A model generated the notes under the pieces. The model did not search any database, was not told where the DNA came from, and saw only the letters and a list, made by a program, of their open reading frames with translations. A program made the position numbers and the translations under genes. From a virus (taxonomy: Duplodnaviria > Caudoviricetes), in IMG/VR virus record IMGVR_UViG_3300013212_000047, positions 1 to 53,606 of that record: DNA of 53,606 nucleotides; one strand, 5' to 3'. Of the stretch, positions 35,307 through 45,608 are shown piece by piece (within the stretch, counting starts at the first letter, position 1; every line of letters begins with the position of its first letter).

Positions 35307-35644
35307 ACGAAGGATATAAGTTATCGCCTTGGCTCAGAATAATTATTTGCGCGATGGTCGTCTGTCCGTCACGCGAAGACGTCTGTAGGCGATTAAACAT
35401 TAATGGACGCCGCTTACGTGATGACCTGCATCGGATATACAAACAGACTAATAGCAAAACAGTCTGGGCTGCAGCAGTCAAGCTCAAGATAATTAAGATT
35501 GACTACGAACAGATCCCAGACTGGTTAGATCTTGACGAAGTTGGATTAGCGCCAGGTATTACTTGTCTTATTTCACCTTCATCAAACGGGGATTCAATTT
35601 CTTGGCAGCTGGAGAAGCCTTCCGCGATGATGCAGCCAGAATAG
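35303..35644 (+). CDS. Divergent LuxR-like HTH protein
   Basis: LSP...SREDVCRRLNINGRRLRDDLHRIYKQ pattern; ATGA overlap with dnaB. Confidence 0.5.
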   Translation: MNEGYKLSPWLRIIICAMVVCPSREDVCRRLNINGRRLRDDLHRIYKQTNSKTVWAAAVKLKIIKIDYEQIPDWLDLDEVGLAPGITCLISPSSNGDSISWQLEKPSAMMQPE

Positions 35645-35738
35645 CGCCGGCATTCTTCATAGGAATACCTTGCTTCTTAGCAATCTTTGCTTGGACTGCC
35701 GCAAACCCTGGGTGTGCGGCAGTTTTTGTTTTAGTCAT
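35568..35738 (-). CDS. 56-aa Lys/Ala-rich basic protein
   Basis: MTKTKTAAHPGFAAVQAKIAKKQGIPMKNAGAILAASSRKASPAAKKLNPRLMKVK; TAATG-coupled to the giant gene; not in the ORF track. Confidence 0.75.
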   Translation of the reverse strand: MTKTKTAAHPGFAAVQAKIAKKQGIPMKNAGAILAASSRKASPAAKKLNPRLMKVK

Positions 35739-38700
35739 TATTTAGTTCCTCTAAATATTTCAGATCCCCTACCTTGTCCTAGTAGTTTGATAACACTAGG
35801 TGTGTCTTCGTCACCGTAGTAGTTAGTAGTTCGCTTCTTGGCCTTGATAGCTTGTTGTGGTTTAAGTTCAACCTTCAGACCAACGTTGTTTAGTACAGTA
35901 CTAACTGAAGCGTATAGGCCAGCATTCTTCTCCCATTCATCAGCAGCTTGAAATGTTTCCATCATCTGTGAAATACCAGTTGGGAGACGCTCAGTAACTG
36001 CATTGCTAAACCTTACGTCATCCATCCATGGAGCGTATCCTCCATTGTGTTCAATCAAGCGTGGCTTGATGACGTTTTCGTAGAAGTACGCTGATGCTTC
36101 ATTTTTACCAAAGGTCGGCTCACCGATAGGTGTACGTCCACTAACAAACCAGCTGCCGGCCCAGTTGTAAAGCGGTGAAGCTTTGTACTGCAGTTCGCGA
36201 TGTATATCCGCAAACGTATCGTACATAACATTGGAACCAGTCTCTCTAGACTTCTTTTGTTCAGCTGGCGTTGCCAGCATAGCAGCTGATAGCAATCGGT
36301 AACCTAATCGGTAATGATCAAACACGCCAGCTGGTGCATCCATACGGAAGTCACCAACACGAACACGTCCGATGTTACGGTCGATGTTGGTTTCGACGTC
36401 CATGTCATCTGGAAGGAAGTTACGGATCATCTGTGACAAGATCATCAAGAATGCCCATACTCCAACAAGTCTTCCCCACATTTGTTTACCAATAGCCGCT
36501 GCTGCACGATCGCCCTTATACAAGTCAAACACAGGGTTATCTTGCCCCATAATGTCTCGCATGAAGCCCATATGAGAACTAGACAACACTGCATTCATAG
36601 CGGGGTCGATAAACATCCTTGACAGCAACCAACGTGGCGCCGTAAACAGTACCTTTGCTACCCGGCTAGCACGTGCATCGTATACCGAGTTAGTGGAGTA
36701 TTTGATATCACCGACACTAACCGCAAGTATCCGAGCTGAATCACGGAGCGCAACTTTGTACTTTTCTGTTCCTGGCTCGTAGCCGTGTGCCATCAACGAC
36801 TTCTTCATCTGGTCAAATTGAAGCAACAGGATCGTGTCATGAATAAGGATGTTGTAACGCTCGAACATACCCTGACCTGGGAGGTGACCACTCAGACGGT
36901 TTTTCATATACCACTCGTCGTTGGTTCCCAATTCATCGATGTCCATCAACGTTGTGCGTACATCATCAACTGTTGCTTCTGGATTCCACAAACGCAGATT
37001 GTAAAGTTCACGCTCGCGGACTTCATCAAATCGCTTATCAATTTCAAACATTGAAAGCGGCAACTCTGCCTCTCGCGCTTCTTCGTAGACATCCATATCT
37101 CGCAACTTGTTGCCATACTGATGGAACTGCTCACGTCCAAGCTTACGGTAACCAACCTTTTGTCCGTTTGGTAGTTCAATCTGCAAGTTAGGCATCATGC
37201 CTCGCATACCAGCAAGAAGTGCTTTGAAGCCGACAGCTGGGTTAGTAAGGAGGATGATACCGGCCTGGAGCGTAGTGAATGCAAAGTCAGCAGACAGTGT
37301 AAGGCGAGTAATATCATTCATCTGGTCAATGATGTATCCACCCATGTCAGCTACGTTGACTGGTTTATTTGATGCAGTGCGTTCAGACTTACCTGTAACA
37401 CTGGCAGTTGGCTCAACATCACCCCAGTCATAAGCTATCTTTACCGGAGGTCTAACAACTTCATGTGCAATATCTAGTTCATCACGTGAACTAAGCATGA
37501 CAGACAACACAGGGCCAGTGCGATCAGCCTTTTTCTTTGTGTCTGCTGTATTCCATTTATCCAATGACAATGGCGCAATACTGTTACGTGGGATCGATAT
37601 GTTTTGTAACTCATGGTTTCCACCAACACTGTGTTTGACGTTCAATAGCATTATGCCATCTCGTGTCGGATGCTTCTTGTACAAAGCTTCAACATCAGCA
37701 GCAGCAATACCACGTCCACCCATATCAATAACCACAGGGTTATCCATACGTACGTAGTATGGCTTGTTATTAAAACCAGACGTCTTGCTTACACCAGATG
37801 GCATGACGTACGCATGAGCCGAAGGAAGCCACCTAGCTGTTCCATCACCAGGGACATAACCAATAGAAACTATAGGCTTACCTGTCCTCGGACGTACACT
37901 TGCTCTGTCGTACATCATTTTGTCACGCATGAATGACTTAGCTTGGGTTCCTGCCACACTGTTTAGTTCGTTAGAAATACCAGCGTAGTAAACTCTATTG
38001 GCGGTGTTATCTGACGCAACGTGTTCTGCAACACGTTTAATATGTGTTGGAGAACGCTCGCCACGATAGTAGTCATCCATCGCCACAATAAGCTCTGCAA
38101 CGTCATCATCTGTAACAGTAGCGTCTTCCATTTCATCTAACTTACGTAGAATCTCCTGGCCAGACATGTGTTTACGAATAGCCTTTGTCTGTGTTGGACT
38201 AAGGTCTTTAAGAGGGACATTGATACGGCTGTCGTCAGATACAACACTCTCGATTAACGGAGCGCCGTTAGACCAACGCTTAAACTCTGGGGATTCTGTC
38301 CTTGCATAGTGTGCAATCGCGCGCGCTGGGGACATACGAAGGACGTTGGTATAAACATGATACGTATGTGATGCGTTTCCTCTAGCATCGTAAGCGCCAA
38401 CTACCTTGTCATCAGCGTCAGTCTGAATACGACCAGATTTATCAAGCTCTGCGTATCCTTTACGGACTTGTGATTTTACTTCATCAGTCCCCAATGTTGT
38501 GTCAGTTACAACATCTAGTGTTTCAACGTTAATCAATGGTTTACGCGATGAGAACATAATGGACTTAGGCACATCAAGACTTGCCATCCGCTCATTTGTA
38601 CCGCTAATTCCATTGATGATCGCAACTGTCCACCAATGTCTACTTGGGACGAGAATGTCATTCAAGTTCAGCAAGTCTTGTCGGTTGAAGGTGCGACCCC

Positions 38701-41700
38701 ATGGTGTATTCATGTTCGCAACAACAGGTGCGTCTCGCCATTCACCATCAACGTTAATGACTGCTTTACCAGTAAGCATATTAACTTTGACGGTTCCCTT
38801 TGGATTGTCAGTTGTACCCTTGGACTTTACAAACGTGACAGTCTGCGGATCGTCAACGCGCATCTCAGGAAGAAGGAAGCGTCGGTATTCACCACGTCCA
38901 GTATCAGCGCTAAGTTGCCAAATCTCTGATACAGCCCTGGAAGCTTCAACTAGACTAACTGACAAACGACTACGTAGATACGTTTCAATATTGGTGATCT
39001 CAACCTCATCTTTGAATCTATGTGGTGCGTCAATTTCTTTTATACGGTTAGCAATTATCTTCTTTACGGCTCGATCTAAAACATCGGCAGGATGCATCTC
39101 ATTTAGATCTCGATGCCAAATACCAGACCGATCTCCGACTACTCCCCCGATAACATTACGCACAGCATCAATTGCTTTCCTGATCTCTTCAGGGAAGTGC
39201 TCAACTCTAACCTTCCTGTCAGAACCAAGAGAATTAAGGAAGTGTGTCACGTAACTACTTGGGTCAAAGAATGCTCGCATTGTTTGCATAGGTAACAAGC
39301 GATCAGCTACAGGTAACAACGGGGAGTAAAGTGCAACAGGCTTGCCAGTTGCAACATGCTCAAGCACTTTGCCAAACACTTCGCCAAATGTCTTAGCATC
39401 ACCAAGGTAGTCAGGTTTCAAGAACTTAGCCACTTCACCATTGTTTGCAAGTTGCTTGACGACGTAGTCGCCATCGAGGTTATTCCAGACATGCGTAGCG
39501 TAAGCGTACAACTGATCTATTCCTGATGCAGTAGTGCTACCTGACTGAGTACTAACCCTGGACACGTCATACGTGCCGTCAGCTTGTTTAAACCTAGACA
39601 TCAAATACGCTATGCGCTTTATGTTGTTCTTCTCACTAATGTTGTCATACGACAAATCAGTCCCTGTTCTTGGCCTTGCCAATTCAGCTTCTACCTGTTC
39701 AGCTGTATATCCAAGGTCATTGTTTATGTAGCGTTTAATAGCGTTAATGATCTCTGGACGTTTCAAGATTTGAGCGTACTTGACATCATTTGATGCACCA
39801 TCATAAGCAGGACTAGCCTGGATGTATGAATAGATATCAAATCCCAATACATCTTGTGAATCTCTACCTCTAGACATACCACTCGATATGACACGCTCAC
39901 CACGTCCTGCGTCACGATAATCAAATCGACGTACGTTATCCGAAACAATGATATTGCGATTAGGAACACCAAGTGTTTTAGCTAGGTCAATATTAGCTTC
40001 AATAGACTTCTGTGACATTCCAGGGTAAATGATGTAGATAGGTTGACCTGCAACACGGTTAGCTGGAGTATTTGCCTTATATGCATCAATATTGGTGTAC
40101 TTGAAGTCGTCGTCAAGCTCATCACCTGCATCATCATCGTCGCCACCTGAATCGTCAAGATCACGTTGAGTTTCATCACTGAATCCATCAAACGCTTCAG
40201 GTGCTGCCTCGCGCATAGCTTCGTCAGTACGTGTGTAATAAGCCCCAAGATAGTCACTTAGTACTGACAGCATCTCAGGATTAAGGCCATTTGTATAACC
40301 TCCGTACTTAACGATCTTGTCTTTTGTAATTTGCGACACATCCCCGGATGCATCTTTGACGACAACTACATTTGGAGGCAATGCCCCATACTTATCCTTG
40401 TTACGCTCATACGAGTCCATGTCTGTAGTAGAGGTGACGTTTACGGTAACTAGTGCATCTTTACCATCTGCACCTTTGATGACAAGTTGCGTACCCTTGT
40501 ACAGTTTACTTTGGCCGTCGTATGGCGCCTGCCATTCAACAAGCTGCTTATTGTCAATGAATCTACGTGTTACGTTTTGAACTGTTGCATTCAAGTAAGA
40601 TGACGAATCACGCCAAAACGTTGCAATGTCCTTGTTTGGTTTACGGAATTGCGCTTTGTTGGTTTCGCGATTATAACCACGGAATATCCTAGGCATTGAG
40701 TTGTTGCGAATACTAGCTATGAGCATTCCTACAACTTCTTCTTCTACGGATGCAGGCACATTGTCAAAATCAATGTTCATGTTTTTGATGTTGGAACGCA
40801 GCCCTAGATAGAATTTCTTACGTTCATCTGGAGTCATGCCACGTAGCAACGCATGAAATACTTCATGCATACCATCTTCTACACTACGTGCGGATAAACC
40901 AACAATAACACTGGATGACATACCTTCTGCAGCAGCTCGTTTAAAGACAAGGGCATTAGCCATAGCATCCAATGCTGGTGCATTGCGCAATAAAGCAAAC
41001 GATGCCAATCGTTCTGAATAGAACTTGCGCATGTAGAACGCGACACTTTTAGCAGCATCGTTATCTGTAGACAAGATAGATCTAGTTACCCCATCTTCAA
41101 TTATGTTACCTTCTTCATCGTAAACATCAGCCGTTTCATCTTCACGACGTTTAGTCTCTAAGTCTGACGCAGAACCAGTAATCCTAGACTTCCGAATATT
41201 TAACTGCCGCATCGCCCAGGCACGTGCAAAATGATCAACGATACCACCAAAAGCACTAGCGCCTTCAGGGCTAAAGTTGTATTGCTCAATCATGACTGTC
41301 TCAAACTGATTACGGTTTCTAACAGTCGTAGCGTCAACCTCAACACGATTACCGTAAAGTTCGGTGGTAATTGTCTCGATTTGACGACTATTGTTTATGT
41401 CACCATATTCAACTCTTAGAGGCCGTGATTCCGAAGCGGTTCGTCGGGTTCGTGAACGCCCAGTAGCACCACCATCGCGGTTATATGCAGCGTTTACCGC
41501 AGCCTTACGTGCTTCCTCAAGCTGTTCTTTTAATGCATCTAATTCAGCTTGTATTGCAGCAACTGTGTCTGCATATTCCTGTTCACGTCGCTGTCGTTCA
41601 GCTTCAATAGCAGCTAATTGCTCATCAATAACGCGCTGTTGTTCAGCACTAATAGCTCGACCAGATCCAATCTCATTTAGACGTTCTGTAAGCGTAGTCA

Positions 41701-44700
41701 TGTTCTGCGTAAGCAGGCTAATTGCTTCTTCTACAGCAGCGGTATTCGATGCATTCTGTGGAGTGCCGTTAGTAATGATTGTCCGCAGATTCTGCATCTG
41801 CGTTTCGTACTCTCTTGCCTGGCGCTCCAACTCACGCTGCAATGTCTCTGCAGCCTGGCGTTGTTGCTCTGTAGCCGCTCTTTGTGCTTCAGTTGTTGCA
41901 CGATTCATATCAGCCCGTAGCTGATTCATTTCACGCTGCAATGCCTGTTGTGCAGTACGTGCTTCCTGCTTGTCCTTATTAGCTTGTTCCTGCAGATCAG
42001 CTAGTCTCTGTCGCGCTTCATTGAGACGGGTAGTGTTTTCGACCTTAAGGCGTTCCACCTCAACTTCTGCTGCGCGTAGCTCAGCATTTTGTTGTTGAGT
42101 TCGGCGACGGAGTTCGAGGTTTGCATCAAATCGTCGGGCTGCTTCGGCTCTATCACGCTCTCGTTCAGCTTCCCGTTTAACTCTTTCTTCTTCACGAGCG
42201 GCAAGCCTTTCGGCTGCCTTAGCTTCACGCTCATCTGCTTTACGCTTCTTTTCAAGATCGGCTGCTGATGGTGCTTCAATATTAGCTGTTGCCAACCAAT
42301 TGGCGTCACGAATATTTTGACCAGTCGCGTACTGAACAGTACGTTGAATAGCTGTATTGACGGCAACACGGCGATCAGTGCCAGCTGCTGGCGTGTATAC
42401 CGCTTCAGGTGTTCTTGCAGGATCAAATCCATCGACAGCATTATGTACATCAAATGATCCATCAGGCTGTGCAATGATTACGTACTCTGTCTCAAACGCA
42501 CGTTTAGGCGCACCCTTACCATCTAGTTCTGTAAGCTTGACACGAAGTCCAAGATGACCGTCTTCTGTCCTATAAATAGTTCCATCTACATTGCTATATC
42601 GTGTACGCGCAACGAAAGATTGAGACGTTGAAGCTTCAGTCCCAGCTAGAGTATCTCTAGCTGAAAACATAACCTCTGGCAAATCTTCGGTTTCAGCTTC
42701 AGTGCCGGCTTCAGGTGCTAATGGTTCACCTTCAGTTTCAGCTTCAGTGCCGGCTTCAGGTGCTAATGGTTCACCTTCAGTTTCAGCATCTACTTTACCT
42801 TCAGGTGTAGACAGGTCGAACCGATCAAGTAAAGACGAAAAGTCAATAGTATCCAGAGCAGATGTTAACGATGTACCGAGACGAGTACGTGTAGTGGATG
42901 ACAGTTCAATAATGTCAACACGATCAGCTGTAATACCAGCTGCTGCTGCAATATCACCTGTATCTTCGCCGTCAACAGTACCAATGGTTCCGTCACCGTC
43001 TACATCTTCACCTATCGCTGATTCAGCTGATCCAGGAGTAATATCATTACCTAAGTGATCGCCAACAATTTGACTATTTTGTACAACAAACGCACTCTTG
43101 GTTGGGTGATCGACAAGTCTTACAAAATAACCCCTATTGCCCTTACCAACAACGATTGCTACAGCACGTCCAAATTCTTTAGTCTGTACATCAATAACAT
43201 CTGCGCGACTGAAACGGTCATCTGCAGGTTCAAATTTTAGATCACCTTCAATATCCTTTGCTACATTAGCTCGGTAAATTTCAAGTAATGCATTGCGCTT
43301 TGCCGGGTCTTCCTCAGACTTATATGCATCCCACTCAGCGGATCTAGCACTGCGCCCACGACGAAGTAATCGCATCTGGTCATCTGTAAGTTCAACGACT
43401 TCTGCATTACCAGCACCTGATGCATCAGCAAACCGCCATTGATTAGGCCCAATACGTTGCTTTGGAGAAAGTTCAGCTAACGATGAAGGAAGGTCTTCAT
43501 CACGCACCATTCCGCGCACATATGGTTTCCCAGCATCATCTGGGTTAATCTGGGATTCATTTAAACGAATGTGAGTACCATCAGGCAACGATACTACATA
43601 CATGCCTTGACGGTCGTTACCAACCTGTTTTACAACGCGACCTGGAAACAGGGGTAGATCGTTTGATAGCAGTATCTTGTCCTTGAATATGCGTGTGTCT
43701 GCATTGTCAAAAACATTTGGGTCAAAATTAGCTGGCTTAGCATTAGGGGTCACACCTTGTGCTGTAAGGACTTCACCTACACGCTTACGGATTTGCGCAT
43801 TACCAATTGATGTAAGAGGTACAACTTGAACACGGCTGCGTCCATCACGATTTACGTCACGTACAACAATTCCAGCATCACGACTGATACCAATTACATT
43901 ACGTGTTATCCCACTTCGGCTATCGGTGTATGAGATTACAGGTTGACGTTTGAATAGATACATCACAGTTTGAAGGCGCTCGGCTGCAGAAGCAGATCTA
44001 CGTCCTTCAAGTGGAAATTCGTTATCTACATAAATGTTAGCTTTACGTGCCTTAGGGTTATATAGCGCGTACTCAGCACCACGAAGAATAGGTCGCCCAT
44101 ACTCATCTGTATCGCCGGTCAGCTTTCCTCCTAGGTTTAATCGTATAAAACCATCTCCGGCCTCTGATGGAATACTTTCAGCCATAGGCGCTTTAGCTGC
44201 CCTAGATTCAAGTATATTGTCACGTCTTTCGGCTAGCTTACTAGCAAGATAACGCGGATCCATCGCTTTATCGGCTAAGCGGAAAGCTTCTTTACCAAGC
44301 GCTGTTTCACCACCAAGCAAGGCACCAGTTAAACCATCACCAATAATTTGCCATGGAGAATAACCATCTCCACCAGCAGCCCTATTACGTTCGGACTGCA
44401 TGTAAGATTCGTACATGCCTTGTGCTGCTTCAATAGATCGGTCACCAAGATCACTTACTGTCTTATTTACACCAGTGTTCTTGAGCGCGCGTGTACCTTT
44501 TTTAGACAACTGGTCAACAGCAGCTTTTACACCAACGCCTGGTATCTTTAGTGTTGGCTTGAAGAATGCAAGGTCACCAGCAAGTGAACCCAATCGGCTG
44601 GCAAGCGGGTATTCATAAGCGTTAGTCTGGCGAAATTCTGTTCTAGCTGCATCTGCTGCAGAACCGAGCAGAGTACCAAAGGCCTTGTTGTTAATAGTCT

Positions 44701-45580
44701 CGTTGATAGATGTACCAAGTGTGCCTCCACCAGCTGAACCTAACAGTCGCCCAGCAAGTATCCCAACGCCCCTATACTTCTTAGGAGCCAACGCTCCCAA
44801 AGCTACGCCAATACGCGAACCGCCTGAGCCACCAATGATAGTGCCTGGCATAGTGGAAAGTCGCTCTTGAAAACCAGATCCAAAGGCAGCTCCAGCATCT
44901 TGAAGTGGTTCTTCACCTTGTTGATATGCTGCTTCTGCACCAATGCCGCCGGCATTTGTAAGCTTGTCAATCGCAGCTTCAACAGGTTTATAAAAACCCT
45001 GGGCCATACCAGCAGCGATTTGTGGAGCTTGTTTGAAACCTATGCCAAGATCACGAAGTGTGTAATTACCTGACGCTACATCAAAGTCAGTGCCACCAAT
45101 AAACGCAGCACCTTCCGGCGCACGACCACGACTAGCAGGGCCAAAACGCTGGACGTCAGATCGGTCGTACCCTAATTTACCTAAGTACTTTTCTTCATCA
45201 GCTTGAATCTGCGGTATCTGTTCACCGAGATATTGTTTGTAAGCTTGACGCTTACCTTGGATAGATTCAGCTGATAGGTCTGGGCGATACTCATTTTCAG
45301 GAGTAAAGTACTGCCGCTTCTCTTCATCATTAGCAAGCACCAAAGCTCGCTCTGCTTTAAACGTTGCGAGCTGTTGGCGTGTACCTTGATCTACAAGACC
45401 ATCTTTATATAAACCGTCAACGGTATTTTTGAAATCACGGGAAAACAGAACTCTGTCATACCGTGAAGCATTTGCTATGTAATTTAATGCACCATCTTTG
45501 GTAGTAAGGTCAGGCTGACTATATACCAAGTTATTGATAGCATTTGCACGTTGATCTTCCGTTGGACGTCCTATACGCAT
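35738..45580 (-). CDS. Giant internal virion / ejection protein of polyvalent type (HEXXH peptidase, coiled coil, ART-like segment)
   Basis: 3280 aa, last large gene of the ejection cluster; HEVFH at aa 1572; long coiled coil; EFKRW...YVRMDNP...DGI. Confidence 0.75.
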   Translation of the reverse strand: MRIGRPTEDQRANAINNLVYSQPDLTTKDGALNYIANASRYDRVLFSRDFKNTVDGLYKDGLVDQGTRQQLATFKAERALVLANDEEKRQYFTPENEYRPDLSAESIQGKRQAYKQYLGEQIPQIQADEEKYLGKLGYDRSDVQRFGPASRGRAPEGAAFIGGTDFDVASGNYTLRDLGIGFKQAPQIAAGMAQGFYKPVEAAIDKLTNAGGIGAEAAYQQGEEPLQDAGAAFGSGFQERLSTMPGTIIGGSGGSRIGVALGALAPKKYRGVGILAGRLLGSAGGGTLGTSINETINNKAFGTLLGSAADAARTEFRQTNAYEYPLASRLGSLAGDLAFFKPTLKIPGVGVKAAVDQLSKKGTRALKNTGVNKTVSDLGDRSIEAAQGMYESYMQSERNRAAGGDGYSPWQIIGDGLTGALLGGETALGKEAFRLADKAMDPRYLASKLAERRDNILESRAAKAPMAESIPSEAGDGFIRLNLGGKLTGDTDEYGRPILRGAEYALYNPKARKANIYVDNEFPLEGRRSASAAERLQTVMYLFKRQPVISYTDSRSGITRNVIGISRDAGIVVRDVNRDGRSRVQVVPLTSIGNAQIRKRVGEVLTAQGVTPNAKPANFDPNVFDNADTRIFKDKILLSNDLPLFPGRVVKQVGNDRQGMYVVSLPDGTHIRLNESQINPDDAGKPYVRGMVRDEDLPSSLAELSPKQRIGPNQWRFADASGAGNAEVVELTDDQMRLLRRGRSARSAEWDAYKSEEDPAKRNALLEIYRANVAKDIEGDLKFEPADDRFSRADVIDVQTKEFGRAVAIVVGKGNRGYFVRLVDHPTKSAFVVQNSQIVGDHLGNDITPGSAESAIGEDVDGDGTIGTVDGEDTGDIAAAAGITADRVDIIELSSTTRTRLGTSLTSALDTIDFSSLLDRFDLSTPEGKVDAETEGEPLAPEAGTEAETEGEPLAPEAGTEAETEDLPEVMFSARDTLAGTEASTSQSFVARTRYSNVDGTIYRTEDGHLGLRVKLTELDGKGAPKRAFETEYVIIAQPDGSFDVHNAVDGFDPARTPEAVYTPAAGTDRRVAVNTAIQRTVQYATGQNIRDANWLATANIEAPSAADLEKKRKADEREAKAAERLAAREEERVKREAERERDRAEAARRFDANLELRRRTQQQNAELRAAEVEVERLKVENTTRLNEARQRLADLQEQANKDKQEARTAQQALQREMNQLRADMNRATTEAQRAATEQQRQAAETLQRELERQAREYETQMQNLRTIITNGTPQNASNTAAVEEAISLLTQNMTTLTERLNEIGSGRAISAEQQRVIDEQLAAIEAERQRREQEYADTVAAIQAELDALKEQLEEARKAAVNAAYNRDGGATGRSRTRRTASESRPLRVEYGDINNSRQIETITTELYGNRVEVDATTVRNRNQFETVMIEQYNFSPEGASAFGGIVDHFARAWAMRQLNIRKSRITGSASDLETKRREDETADVYDEEGNIIEDGVTRSILSTDNDAAKSVAFYMRKFYSERLASFALLRNAPALDAMANALVFKRAAAEGMSSSVIVGLSARSVEDGMHEVFHALLRGMTPDERKKFYLGLRSNIKNMNIDFDNVPASVEEEVVGMLIASIRNNSMPRIFRGYNRETNKAQFRKPNKDIATFWRDSSSYLNATVQNVTRRFIDNKQLVEWQAPYDGQSKLYKGTQLVIKGADGKDALVTVNVTSTTDMDSYERNKDKYGALPPNVVVVKDASGDVSQITKDKIVKYGGYTNGLNPEMLSVLSDYLGAYYTRTDEAMREAAPEAFDGFSDETQRDLDDSGGDDDDAGDELDDDFKYTNIDAYKANTPANRVAGQPIYIIYPGMSQKSIEANIDLAKTLGVPNRNIIVSDNVRRFDYRDAGRGERVISSGMSRGRDSQDVLGFDIYSYIQASPAYDGASNDVKYAQILKRPEIINAIKRYINNDLGYTAEQVEAELARPRTGTDLSYDNISEKNNIKRIAYLMSRFKQADGTYDVSRVSTQSGSTTASGIDQLYAYATHVWNNLDGDYVVKQLANNGEVAKFLKPDYLGDAKTFGEVFGKVLEHVATGKPVALYSPLLPVADRLLPMQTMRAFFDPSSYVTHFLNSLGSDRKVRVEHFPEEIRKAIDAVRNVIGGVVGDRSGIWHRDLNEMHPADVLDRAVKKIIANRIKEIDAPHRFKDEVEITNIETYLRSRLSVSLVEASRAVSEIWQLSADTGRGEYRRFLLPEMRVDDPQTVTFVKSKGTTDNPKGTVKVNMLTGKAVINVDGEWRDAPVVANMNTPWGRTFNRQDLLNLNDILVPSRHWWTVAIINGISGTNERMASLDVPKSIMFSSRKPLINVETLDVVTDTTLGTDEVKSQVRKGYAELDKSGRIQTDADDKVVGAYDARGNASHTYHVYTNVLRMSPARAIAHYARTESPEFKRWSNGAPLIESVVSDDSRINVPLKDLSPTQTKAIRKHMSGQEILRKLDEMEDATVTDDDVAELIVAMDDYYRGERSPTHIKRVAEHVASDNTANRVYYAGISNELNSVAGTQAKSFMRDKMMYDRASVRPRTGKPIVSIGYVPGDGTARWLPSAHAYVMPSGVSKTSGFNNKPYYVRMDNPVVIDMGGRGIAAADVEALYKKHPTRDGIMLLNVKHSVGGNHELQNISIPRNSIAPLSLDKWNTADTKKKADRTGPVLSVMLSSRDELDIAHEVVRPPVKIAYDWGDVEPTASVTGKSERTASNKPVNVADMGGYIIDQMNDITRLTLSADFAFTTLQAGIILLTNPAVGFKALLAGMRGMMPNLQIELPNGQKVGYRKLGREQFHQYGNKLRDMDVYEEAREAELPLSMFEIDKRFDEVRERELYNLRLWNPEATVDDVRTTLMDIDELGTNDEWYMKNRLSGHLPGQGMFERYNILIHDTILLLQFDQMKKSLMAHGYEPGTEKYKVALRDSARILAVSVGDIKYSTNSVYDARASRVAKVLFTAPRWLLSRMFIDPAMNAVLSSSHMGFMRDIMGQDNPVFDLYKGDRAAAAIGKQMWGRLVGVWAFLMILSQMIRNFLPDDMDVETNIDRNIGRVRVGDFRMDAPAGVFDHYRLGYRLLSAAMLATPAEQKKSRETGSNVMYDTFADIHRELQYKASPLYNWAGSWFVSGRTPIGEPTFGKNEASAYFYENVIKPRLIEHNGGYAPWMDDVRFSNAVTERLPTGISQMMETFQAADEWEKNAGLYASVSTVLNNVGLKVELKPQQAIKAKKRTTNYYGDEDTPSVIKLLGQGRGSEIFRGTK
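42690..42787. repeat. 45-bp tandem repeat, about 2.2 copies (AETEGEPLAPEAGTE)
   Basis: gtttcagcttcagtgccggcttcaggtgctaatggttcaccttca at 42690 and 42735. Confidence 0.95.
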
Positions 45581-45608
45581 ATCTCCATTCTACCGACTAG
45601 CGTAATAC

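Noticed and set aside
38499-39254. 251-aa antisense ORF and many other shadow ORFs opposite large genes
   Set aside because: Expected antisense frames of long coding sequences; no motifs or RBS
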